DNA from: a virus
Lineage: Duplodnaviria; Heunggongvirae; Uroviricota; Caudoviricetes
Reading direction: 5' to 3' (one strand)
DNA length: 6,119 bases
IMG/VR virus record: IMGVR_UViG_2534681763_000010
Coordinates: 1-6,119 of that record
Shown here: positions 1-6,119 of the stretch, one piece after another
Position numbering within the stretch: the stretch's first letter is position 1
Layout: each line of letters opens with the position of its first letter
Made by a program: the position numbers and the translations under genes
Notes under the pieces: model-generated
Told to the model about the DNA's origin: nothing
The model's input: the letters and a program-made list of their open reading frames with translations, nothing else
The model's database searches: none

Positions 1-236
1 GGTTTTGACTGGTCAGCGATGGCCTGCAACGACGCCGCCAGCGTGCCTTTTTTACCGGCCTTTGCAATTGCGCTCTGCACATTGGTAATCAGCACAGGTT
101 TATTGAGGGGAAAGGTTTCCGCATCCGCATCGCTGGCCGTGCAGACCATGCCGACAATGGCAGTGGATACGGTGGAAATGACGCGGGTGCCGTCGTTAAT
201 CTCCAGCACCTGCACGCCGTGATGATAGTCACTCAT
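1..236 (-). CDS. FI: Tail sheath protein FI, N-terminal fragment (gene continues past the window start)
   Basis: Minus-strand ATG at 236..234 preceded by GGAG about 10 nt upstream. Translation [78 protein letters not shown] matches my memory of the P2 gpFI N-terminus. The plus-strand track ORF 19..222 is the antisense shadow. Confidence 0.9.
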   Translation of the reverse strand, partial: MSDYHHGVQVLEINDGTRVISTVSTAIVGMVCTASDADAETFPLNKPVLITNVQSAIAKAGKKGTLAASLQAIADQSK

Positions 237-299
237 CCGTTTAACTCCGTGGTTAATGGGTGCAACTATTTTCTGTTGTGCAGAGCATGAGACGCTATT

Positions 300-314
300 T
301 GACCTGGCTGGTCA
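300..314 (-). promoter_or_regulatory. Perfect dyad TGACC-N5-GGTCA in the short promoter region upstream of FI; candidate activator/operator site for the late sheath operon promoter
   Basis: Seen directly: TGACC at 300..304 and GGTCA at 310..314, about 80 nt upstream of the FI ATG, between a terminator and the FI ribosome-binding site. P2 late promoters are activator (Ogr)-dependent, but this dyad does not match the TGT-N12-ACA consensus I recall, so the assignment is tentative. Confidence 0.25.
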
Positions 315-330
315 GGGGATGAAACAACAG

Positions 331-358
331 ATAAAGAAAATGCGGGCAATTCGCCCGC
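331..358 (-). terminator. Rho-independent terminator (minus-strand orientation) ending the upstream cargo/tail-fibre transcript before the FI promoter
   Basis: GC-rich 6-bp stem GCGGGC (342..347) pairing with GCCCGC (353..358), 5-nt loop. On the minus-strand transcript it is followed immediately by the U-rich run AUUUUCUUUAU (plus 341..331). Confidence 0.5.
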
Positions 359-579
359 CTGTCCTGATTTGTACTCACTCATTTTCCGCCTGACAATTTA
401 CATAGCCCAAATGCTATCAAATCTGACAGTCTGCTTTGAGCGAAGAGCGGACTTGAGACTATTGTAAATGAAAACCATATAATTTTAACCGGCAGAAACA
501 CATGAGTAATTTTAAGGCTAATTAGTTATCTGGGAGATGAGGGGCAAAGCACGATATCGTACACCAATGGAATAAGCTT

Positions 580-613
580 ATGATTAATATAAATATAAAA
601 GGCAGAAAGCCTT
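580..613 (-). terminator. Weak candidate terminator-like hairpin inside the 600-bp non-coding spacer
   Basis: 5-bp stem AAGGC (599..603) / GCCTT (609..613) with loop AGAAA; on the minus strand it is followed by the U/A-rich run UUUUAUAUUUAUAUU (plus 598..580). Short stem, so low confidence. Confidence 0.25.
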
Positions 614-833
614 CCTCAAAATGGCTTGAATCGGGGGCATCTGTCTGCGAAACGATTTTTTAGACGTTTTTATCGCTTTCAGTTCAGTTTTCCCCTCGAA
701 TCCAAGTGACAAAGCCGATTTAGTTTTCACACATCCGTACAATGTGCATCCCTCGATGAGCCTTTTCAGGCAAAGTTACGGGGATGCTTGATTCATTTAA
801 ACTGAGTTAGTACAACTTAATTAATAATATCAT

Positions 834-1826
834 TTATGCTAGAGTTGAATATTCTCCATTTCCTCGGTCGGTGAGTGTTAATTCGCGGCCATTTTCTGTA
901 AATGTAATGGCATCCAGCAGGCTTTTTCCTGTTACAGCTATACCATATCCAAGGTTATCAATCTTTGAACTGTCCTCAGATGATATTGGTATTTGTACAA
1001 GCATACCAACAACAAAGCCGTATTTGTTAATTATAGGGCCACCGCTATTCCCCCCCTTAACCCTAGCATTGAATAATAAAAAGTCTTGTGAATCTAAGTA
1101 AGAGTGACCAGAACCAACAATTCGCCCCTTTGACAGTCGGACAAACGAATTTATATGCGAAACGTCATATAACTTTAATGCATCAAATCCTGGAATGGGT
1201 GGAAATCCTATTGATAAAATTTCATCCAGTACCGAGGCTTTGGTTGAGACCTTAAGTGGTTGAATATTATCTTCATTCGGAATGGTTGTGAAAACTAAAG
1301 CGATATCAATACGTTCATCGTTAGATACAAAGATTTTATGTATTGGTAAAGCCTCACCACCAGCTCTAAGTATCCTGATACTCTTCATGTCTTCAATAAC
1401 ATGTCTGGCTGTAAATATCGTGTGGTTATTCCCAACAATAAAACTAGTACCAAGATCATGTGAACCATCACTTTTTTCAACAACAACAGGTAAAACGGAA
1501 GGACTAAGGCGGTCTATGATTGACTCAAATCCATCAGCTATAAAATCATACTTTCCATATTTCGCATCTGATTCATTGAAATTCGGTGCGAAATAGCAAC
1601 GGTCCAAAAGAGTATGTCCTGAAGATAATTCCATTAAAATACCTTCAGTTGCTAGCTTTTCACAATTGCGTATTAACTTCATCATATCGAGAGTATTTTC
1701 CCACTCAGGTTTGAGACGGGTCAGGCTCTCAATTGTTTTTCTCTCTTTTACGTTATCGTTTTCCGGTTTGTCATAAAAATATTTCACTATTTCTGTTGGT
1801 GTTACATATGTTTTTTTTATAGTCAT
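834..1826 (-). CDS. Trypsin-like (chymotrypsin-fold, S1 family, HtrA/DegP-like motifs) serine protease with an uncharacterised N-terminal domain; cargo (moron) gene in the G-FI hotspot
   Basis: Long minus-strand ORF ending at TAA 836..834. Catalytic motifs in canonical His-Asp-Ser order: TARHV (His codon 1401..1403), DIALVF (Asp codon 1305..1307), GGNSGGP (Ser codon 1044..1046). No hydrophobic signal peptide or transmembrane stretch at the N-terminus, so probably cytoplasmic. About 35% GC versus about 55-63% in flanking tail genes. Start chosen at ATG 1826 (MTIKKTYV...) because a candidate promoter lies just upstream; the track ORF starts at an in-frame GTG at 1880 (18 codons longer), which cannot be excluded. 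Confidence 0.8.
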   Translation of the reverse strand: MTIKKTYVTPTEIVKYFYDKPENDNVKERKTIESLTRLKPEWENTLDMMKLIRNCEKLATEGILMELSSGHTLLDRCYFAPNFNESDAKYGKYDFIADGFESIIDRLSPSVLPVVVEKSDGSHDLGTSFIVGNNHTIFTARHVIEDMKSIRILRAGGEALPIHKIFVSNDERIDIALVFTTIPNEDNIQPLKVSTKASVLDEILSIGFPPIPGFDALKLYDVSHINSFVRLSKGRIVGSGHSYLDSQDFLLFNARVKGGNSGGPIINKYGFVVGMLVQIPISSEDSSKIDNLGYGIAVTGKSLLDAITFTENGRELTLTDRGNGEYSTLA

Positions 1827-1870
1827 TTTTGTACCCGCGATGACGTTATTCCATATATTTTTCTTTGTAG

Positions 1871-1899
1871 AAAATATCACTATTGCTGGTAAATGTTAA
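1871..1899 (-). promoter_or_regulatory. Candidate sigma70-type promoter for the protease gene
   Basis: On the minus strand, TTAACA (plus 1899..1894), 17-nt spacer, TATTTT (plus 1876..1871). This predicts a transcript start near 1864, consistent with the ATG at 1826 rather than the GTG at 1880. Pattern match only. Confidence 0.3.
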
Positions 1900-2144
1900 G
1901 TTCAGTGCTCGCACTAAAGCTGGATGATCAACGTCGCCCTCGTATGGAAATCAGGTAAGATTCATGTCTACTTGGGGTCTAGGGTAGACAGCATAAAAAC
2001 GTACGATAGCGTTCGATTGGCTCTCACCCCCGCCTATAAACCATGAGGTTGATAGGGTAGTATCGTTAGGCAATAGTATACATGTAAGTATCCAACCTAA
2101 TTGGTCTTGAGATTTCTAACTAACGTGTCGTTATGTCCGCTCCT

Positions 2145-2168
2145 GGCACAGAGCGGACTGTCAGATTA
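2145..2168 (-). other. Strong perfect hairpin about 50 nt downstream of the gene G stop: possible terminator or RNA-stability element, or part of a structured RNA
   Basis: Perfect 8-bp inverted repeat GTCCGCTC (2145..2152) / GAGCGGAC (2161..2168) with an 8-nt loop. No U-tract follows on the minus strand, so it is not a canonical intrinsic terminator. Confidence 0.4.
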
Positions 2169-2219
2169 GGCTTTACTCTGTTCTATAGGTATGTAAGCTC
2201 ACACAAGAGTTCATACAAC

Positions 2220-2747
2220 TTATTGCGGCATTTCCGGCCATTCAGGATTTGCAGGATCCACACGACTGATCAGAACGCTGTAGCGTTCCCATGATTCCAG
2301 TCGGCTACGCTCCTCATCTGTTGCCATGTTCAGTCTGACCGCGCGCTCCAGCGGCAAAATCACGGATTCAGCATCTGCAAGAAGTCTGGCTTTCCGAATT
2401 TCTGCCTGCTGCTGTAATTCCTCTGCCGTATAAATGCGTTTAATCACTTTGCCGTCCTTAAACATCCAGTTCCCTGAAATGTCCGCCCGTCGGTTAGCAG
2501 TAATATCCGCCACTTCAACAACACTTAATCCATCCGGTCTGATAGCTGTCACATCCTTTTCCACATAGTGGATGATATTATCTTTGTCGTACGCTATTTT
2601 TATCGTGTCATCAGCAAAATACTTTTGTTCTTCGTACCAGTTCTTACCATCTTCTGAAAAAAACCAGACAACATCAAAGTCCTTTGTCAATTGATATTGT
2701 TCAACCGTTTTTGGATTACCCACCGTTATATTTATCAAATGCTGCAT
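2220..2747 (-). CDS. G: Tail fibre assembly chaperone (P2 gpG-like)
   Basis: 175-aa ORF; N-terminus MQHL.N...GNPKT.EQYQLTK and C-terminus [44 protein letters not shown] match my memory of P2 gpG. The ATG at 2747 lies 3 nt downstream of the H stop codon, typical operon packing. Confidence 0.9.
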   Translation of the reverse strand: MQHLINITVGNPKTVEQYQLTKDFDVVWFFSEDGKNWYEEQKYFADDTIKIAYDKDNIIHYVEKDVTAIRPDGLSVVEVADITANRRADISGNWMFKDGKVIKRIYTAEELQQQAEIRKARLLADAESVILPLERAVRLNMATDEERSRLESWERYSVLISRVDPANPEWPEMPQ

Positions 2748-2750
2748 AAA

Positions 2751-5069
2751 TTATACCTGCGCCACGTTATACCATGTCCCGTTAATGTATTTCTGCACCG
2801 GTCTGTAATATATGCCACCAATGTTATCGGCAGAGTTTGAGCCGGTATCCTGAACAATAATGCCGGAATATACACACCCGGACGGTGCCTGATGTGTCCA
2901 TGTCATGCCATTGTTCGCAGGTTTGTATGTGGCAGCACCACCAAGCCGGATATCCCGGACATAGCGTGAATCAAAGTTGCCATAGTTAGATGGTGATACC
3001 TGCCCGTTAACAGCAAAAGTGATGCTGTTATCTGTATTTCTCTGACTGTAAAAATGCCAGCCTGCATCATCACCTAATTCAGCCACCACCGGACGACTTG
3101 AGTTTCCCCACAAATTGAATGCGGCTTCCTTCGTGGATGTATTACTGCTGCTGACCGTGAATTTTTTCCCGCTACCGGCACGTACTTTGGTACTTGAGAC
3201 AATATCACCAGTAACATTCAGGCCATGCCCCATTGATACAGCACCCGTGGCATCATTTATAATCAGCGGTCTTAAATTATTATAACTGCCTAATCTGTCA
3301 CCTGATTTAGTCAACATAAAATAAGTGCTGCTGCCATCATTCCTGATAAAGAAACCATAATTGCCATAAGCAATGCGCAGACCATTAGCACTGAGTGATG
3401 TAATCTCACCTCTTGAACGGAGACCATAAGCGGAGCTGAGTGATAATTCTTCCTGAGCATCAGTATTACCAGTCGCCCAGCGAACTACCCCGCCCTGTAC
3501 TGTTTCATGCCAGATAGTGTCTCCTTCTCCACCACGAAACTTTCTGAGATATTTTTTGCCGCCTCTGGTGCCTGAACATAAGGCCGTAGACATATAGGCA
3601 TTCTGGCTTCCGCCATCCTGATTAATCGTTCCGGTCATTGCGTCGCCCTGACGATTCCAGTCACGACGCCAGCCGGGGGAGTAGCCGTCCCCATGATTTA
3701 TGTAAGTGAATTGCGCGCTGGTTGTACCGCCACCGCTTGATGTTGTCGGCGTGGTCACTCGGATAGTGATTGCAGATTTAGTTCCCATGACCTCGACGAC
3801 ACAACCAGCCAGGTGGATATCACCACATCCGGTATCCGTAATGATTTTGTTATTTGCATATGACCAGGAGCCTTTGCACATCCAGTACGGATGATTAAAT
3901 GCACCACGGGAATCCAGCCATTCAATAAACTGAGCGGTTGTCCAGTTTCCGGCTTCAGTGCTCAAAGCGCCGCTATAAGCACGACAGGCACCGATATTTT
4001 TCGTGAAGGTATCCTTTCCCGGAATATCCGCACCGTTCTGATCTTTCTGAAGACGTTTTTCAGCATTGTCATAGGCAGACTTCACCGCTTTTGATGTTGC
4101 GGCCAGCGTTTCAGAATCACTGTTGGTGGCGCTACTGAGCTGAACAAGACCTTTCCGCGCCGTGGTGGCGTCCTGTGCAGTGTATTTCCCGTTAGCAAGG
4201 TCATACGCTGTCTTAACCGCCTTTGGCGTTGCCGCAAGCGTTTCAGAATCGCTGTTGGTGGCGCTACTGAGCTGGACAAGACCTTTTCGCGCTGTGGTGG
4301 CGTCCTGTGCAGTGTATTTCCCGTTAGCAAGGTCATATGCTGCCTTTACCGCTTTTGGTGTTGCGGCGAGCGTTTCAGACGTGCTGTTGGTGGCGCTACT
4401 GAGCTGGACAAGGCCTTTTCGCGCTGTGGTGGCATCCTGCGCAGTGTATTTCCCGTTAGCAAGATCATACGCGGCCTTTACCGCTTTCGGCGTTGCGGCC
4501 AGTGTTTCAGACGTGCTGTTGGTCGCATTGCTTAACTGAGTAAAACCTTTTGCGGTCAGCGAGGCGTCCGGGTGACGTCGTGACTGTTCATGCTCTGCAA
4601 TTTTGTCATCAACGTAATCCTGCGTCGCCATCACCGTTGTGGTGTCAATGGTCAGCGCCACTGAGGCCACACTGCTGACGATGATGACCATGCGACAGGT
4701 CTGCGAACGCCCTGAGCCTTCGGCAAGAGCTGGCTTATAACTTTCGGCCATGTTCGCCACGGCAATTAATGTTCCCGCATCATCGTACAGGCCAAGCTCA
4801 CGCATCCAGAAACCGCCCACCTCCGGCGGAATAACCAGCTCTGCGATAATATAATTACTGTTTCGTTTGTCCTGGCTGATTTTGTTCAGCGCATGTCGCC
4901 AGACTTCATGGATAAGCCCGGTCTGTCCGGCATTCGGGACAGGCAATTTACCACCGCCATCCCCGACGGCCATCGTGGTAATGTTGACCTTCCGCCCTCC
5001 CGGCGCGGTTGCCGCTGCCAGCTTTGCTGCACCGGCAGTGGTGATAACGGTTCTGAATTTTGTGCTCAT
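2751..5069 (-). CDS. H: Tail fibre protein (P2 gpH-like), mosaic: conserved N-terminal baseplate-attachment region, expanded 44-aa repeat shaft, divergent central region, P2-like C-terminus
   Basis: 772-aa ORF with GAGGA 5 nt upstream of the ATG at 5069. The N-terminal approx. 170 aa (MSTKFRTVITTAGAAKLAAA...ATQDYVDDKIAEHEQSRRHPDA) and the C-terminal approx. 138 aa (...AGWHFYSQRNTDNS...PVQKYINGTWYNVAQV) resemble P2 H as I recall it. It is longer than P2 H (about 669 aa from memory). Confidence 0.9.
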   Translation of the reverse strand: MSTKFRTVITTAGAAKLAAATAPGGRKVNITTMAVGDGGGKLPVPNAGQTGLIHEVWRHALNKISQDKRNSNYIIAELVIPPEVGGFWMRELGLYDDAGTLIAVANMAESYKPALAEGSGRSQTCRMVIIVSSVASVALTIDTTTVMATQDYVDDKIAEHEQSRRHPDASLTAKGFTQLSNATNSTSETLAATPKAVKAAYDLANGKYTAQDATTARKGLVQLSSATNSTSETLAATPKAVKAAYDLANGKYTAQDATTARKGLVQLSSATNSDSETLAATPKAVKTAYDLANGKYTAQDATTARKGLVQLSSATNSDSETLAATSKAVKSAYDNAEKRLQKDQNGADIPGKDTFTKNIGACRAYSGALSTEAGNWTTAQFIEWLDSRGAFNHPYWMCKGSWSYANNKIITDTGCGDIHLAGCVVEVMGTKSAITIRVTTPTTSSGGGTTSAQFTYINHGDGYSPGWRRDWNRQGDAMTGTINQDGGSQNAYMSTALCSGTRGGKKYLRKFRGGEGDTIWHETVQGGVVRWATGNTDAQEELSLSSAYGLRSRGEITSLSANGLRIAYGNYGFFIRNDGSSTYFMLTKSGDRLGSYNNLRPLIINDATGAVSMGHGLNVTGDIVSSTKVRAGSGKKFTVSSSNTSTKEAAFNLWGNSSRPVVAELGDDAGWHFYSQRNTDNSITFAVNGQVSPSNYGNFDSRYVRDIRLGGAATYKPANNGMTWTHQAPSGCVYSGIIVQDTGSNSADNIGGIYYRPVQKYINGTWYNVAQV
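4040..4560. repeat. Tandem 132-bp (44-codon) in-frame repeats inside tail-fibre gene H: three near-full copies plus diverged partial copies at each end
   Basis: The motif GCTACTGAGCTG(A/G)ACAAG recurs at 4131, 4263 and 4395, an exact 132-nt period. Encoded units read TARKGLVQLSSATNS(T/D)SETLAATPKAVK(A/T)AYDLANGKYTAQDAT. The repeats also generate the spurious overlapping track ORFs 4082..4336 (-) and 4162..4539 (+). Confidence 0.85.
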
Positions 5070-5079
5070 TATTCCTCAC

Positions 5080-5610
5080 TTATCCGGGATAAACCGTAAT
5101 TACATCGCCGTCGTAAGCCACACCACCGGCGAACAGGTAGCCGGGAATGTCCCGGGTAATGTTCAGGCCAATAAGGTGACGGCTTGCAGGTTTGGCATCA
5201 GCAATCAGCCGTTCCATTTCCTGATACATTGCCTCTGTGATGCCACTTTCCAGTACACCAATATCAAGCCGGAAGGTGCCGGGCGGGTCACTGTTTTCCC
5301 ACCACTCCGTCACGTTGATGAGATAGCCGAGCGGCTCCACCACACGCCGGATTGCACCTATAGTGCCTTTATGACAGTGGATGAAATACGCATCGCGGAT
5401 AACGGCGCGTTTTGTCGCTTCCGGCCACTTCTCATCCCACCTGTCGACCGAAAACGCCCACGCCAGCCACGGCAGCAAATTTGCCGGACAGGTATCCGGG
5501 TTCCACAGCTCACGAATACTGACCGGCGTTTTTTCAATTTCCGCACAGGCTTTTGCGGCGGCGACCTCAAGCGGTGATGAGCCGGTCGGCAGCAGTCGCG
5601 AATCACTCAT
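5080..5610 (-). CDS. I: Baseplate/tail protein I (P2 gpI-like)
   Basis: 176-aa ORF directly upstream of H on the coding strand; the sequence (MSDSRLLPTGSSPLEVAAAKACAEIEK...) agrees with my memory of P2 gpI. Its ATG at 5610 overlaps the J stop codon by 8 nt (ATGAGTGA), indicating translational coupling. Confidence 0.9.
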   Translation of the reverse strand: MSDSRLLPTGSSPLEVAAAKACAEIEKTPVSIRELWNPDTCPANLLPWLAWAFSVDRWDEKWPEATKRAVIRDAYFIHCHKGTIGAIRRVVEPLGYLINVTEWWENSDPPGTFRLDIGVLESGITEAMYQEMERLIADAKPASRHLIGLNITRDIPGYLFAGGVAYDGDVITVYPG

Positions 5611-6119
5611 CCGAGCCTCCGGTCACGACGCGGTATTCGGTACAGAAAGACGCCTGCGTACTGTTGAGCACGATGTCGGCCAGTGGTGCAGCCAGTTCGA
5701 CACGCTGCACACCTTCCACATGCAAAGCGGCATAAATGGCAGACAGACGGATGTCACGCCCCAGCCGGTGCTGTGCCGTGATATACGCTTCCAGTTTTTT
5801 CACGGCGGCAGCGCGGATGGGTTCGCTTTCGGGACCAGGGTAAAGGTAAAGCGTGGCGTTTATCTGGTATTCAACAATGGCGGCAGACTGCACGGTCACG
5901 CGGTCGGCCACCGGCCTGACGTCCTCGCCATTAAGGGCGTTACGCACCGCCGCCAGCAGATCTTCGGATGCCACACCGTTATTTTCACGTGACAGCACGG
6001 AGATGGTGACGCAGGCCGGAGACGGACTGGTGACAGAGATATCCGCGACACGCCCGTCGGCACTGCGACCATGATACTGATAGGCTCCCACCGACCCGGC
6101 GACGCTTAAGCCTTCAAAC
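5603..6119 (-). CDS. J: Baseplate assembly protein J (P2 gpJ-like), C-terminal part (gene continues past the window end)
   Basis: The track ORF starts at an internal GTG at 6091, but the frame stays open to the window edge; codons 6118..6092 read FEGLSVAGS, continuous with VGAYQYHGRSADGRVADISVTSP..., which matches P2 gpJ as I recall it. Stop TGA at 5605..5603. Confidence 0.9.
   Translation of the reverse strand, partial: FEGLSVAGSVGAYQYHGRSADGRVADISVTSPSPACVTISVLSRENNGVASEDLLAAVRNALNGEDVRPVADRVTVQSAAIVEYQINATLYLYPGPESEPIRAAAVKKLEAYITAQHRLGRDIRLSAIYAALHVEGVQRVELAAPLADIVLNSTQASFCTEYRVVTGGSDE

Noticed and set aside
19-222. Plus-strand 67-aa ORF at the window start
   Set aside because: It lies antisense to the clearly recognisable tail-sheath FI N-terminus encoded on the minus strand (ATG at 236), so it is a shadow ORF in GC-rich coding DNA.
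420-833. Small ORFs (up to about 27 codons) on either strand of the long spacer, for example a plus-strand MININIKGRKPSSKWLESGASVCETIF
   Set aside because: None has a convincing ribosome-binding site or a recognisable motif, and at this length chance ORFs are expected in AT-rich DNA; left as unverified.
871-1596. Plus-strand ORFs 871..1101 and 1282..1596
   Set aside because: Both are fully inside the protease gene on the opposite strand, with low-complexity translations and no start context; the protease frame has the catalytic motifs.
1881-2219. Retron (msr/msd) or type III toxin-antitoxin RNA array upstream of the protease
   Set aside because: There is no reverse-transcriptase gene in or near the island and no tandem array of identical RNA repeats; only a single hairpin and scattered short motifs. 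A structured RNA remains possible (reported as a finding), but neither specific class is supported.
237-2219. Insertion sequence or transposon as the vehicle for the cargo island
   Set aside because: No transposase or integrase ORF and no terminal inverted repeats or target-site duplications at the island edges that I can see; the location matches the known P2 G-FI cargo site, which exchanges by recombination.
4082-4539. Overlapping repeat-containing ORFs 4082..4336 (-) and 4162..4539 (+) with internally repeated peptides
   Set aside because: They are alternative-frame and antisense readings of the 132-bp tandem repeats in gene H; the H frame is continuous through the region and has conserved N- and C-termini.
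4040-4560. Possible CRISPR array, suggested by regularly spaced direct repeats
   Set aside because: The period is 132 bp with no unique spacers between short repeats, the units are about 85-90% identical over their whole length, and they stay in frame within a tail-fibre ORF. These are protein-coding tandem repeats.
4867-5992. Long plus-strand ORFs 4867..5577 (236 aa) and 5381..5992 (203 aa), plus smaller ones at 3706..4094, 4893..5099, 5553..5735, 5853..6074 and minus-strand 5358..5606
   Set aside because: All lie antisense to, or out of frame within, genes H, I and J, whose minus-strand translations I recognise as P2-like; long spurious ORFs are expected in high-GC coding sequence.

Overview
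This window is the tail-fibre/baseplate end of a P2-like (Peduovirus-type) prophage, with every gene on the minus strand. In transcription order (high to low coordinate): the 3' part of baseplate gene J (truncated by the window edge), baseplate gene I, a 772-aa mosaic tail-fibre gene H, tail-fibre assembly chaperone G, then an AT-rich cargo island at 237..2219, then the 5' end of tail-sheath gene FI (truncated). The cargo island sits where P2 carries its non-essential Z/fun gene. It holds one gene for a cytoplasmic trypsin-like (S1 family) serine protease with an intact His/Asp/Ser triad and an unassigned N-terminal domain of about 130 aa, flanked by about 340 bp and about 600 bp of apparently non-coding DNA containing hairpins and short repeated motifs. 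I read this as a candidate undescribed single-gene, possibly RNA-assisted, anti-phage or lysogenic-conversion module. All homology statements come from reading the translations and from memory of P2 proteins; no database search was run. GC percentages are hand counts on sampled 60-nt lines.
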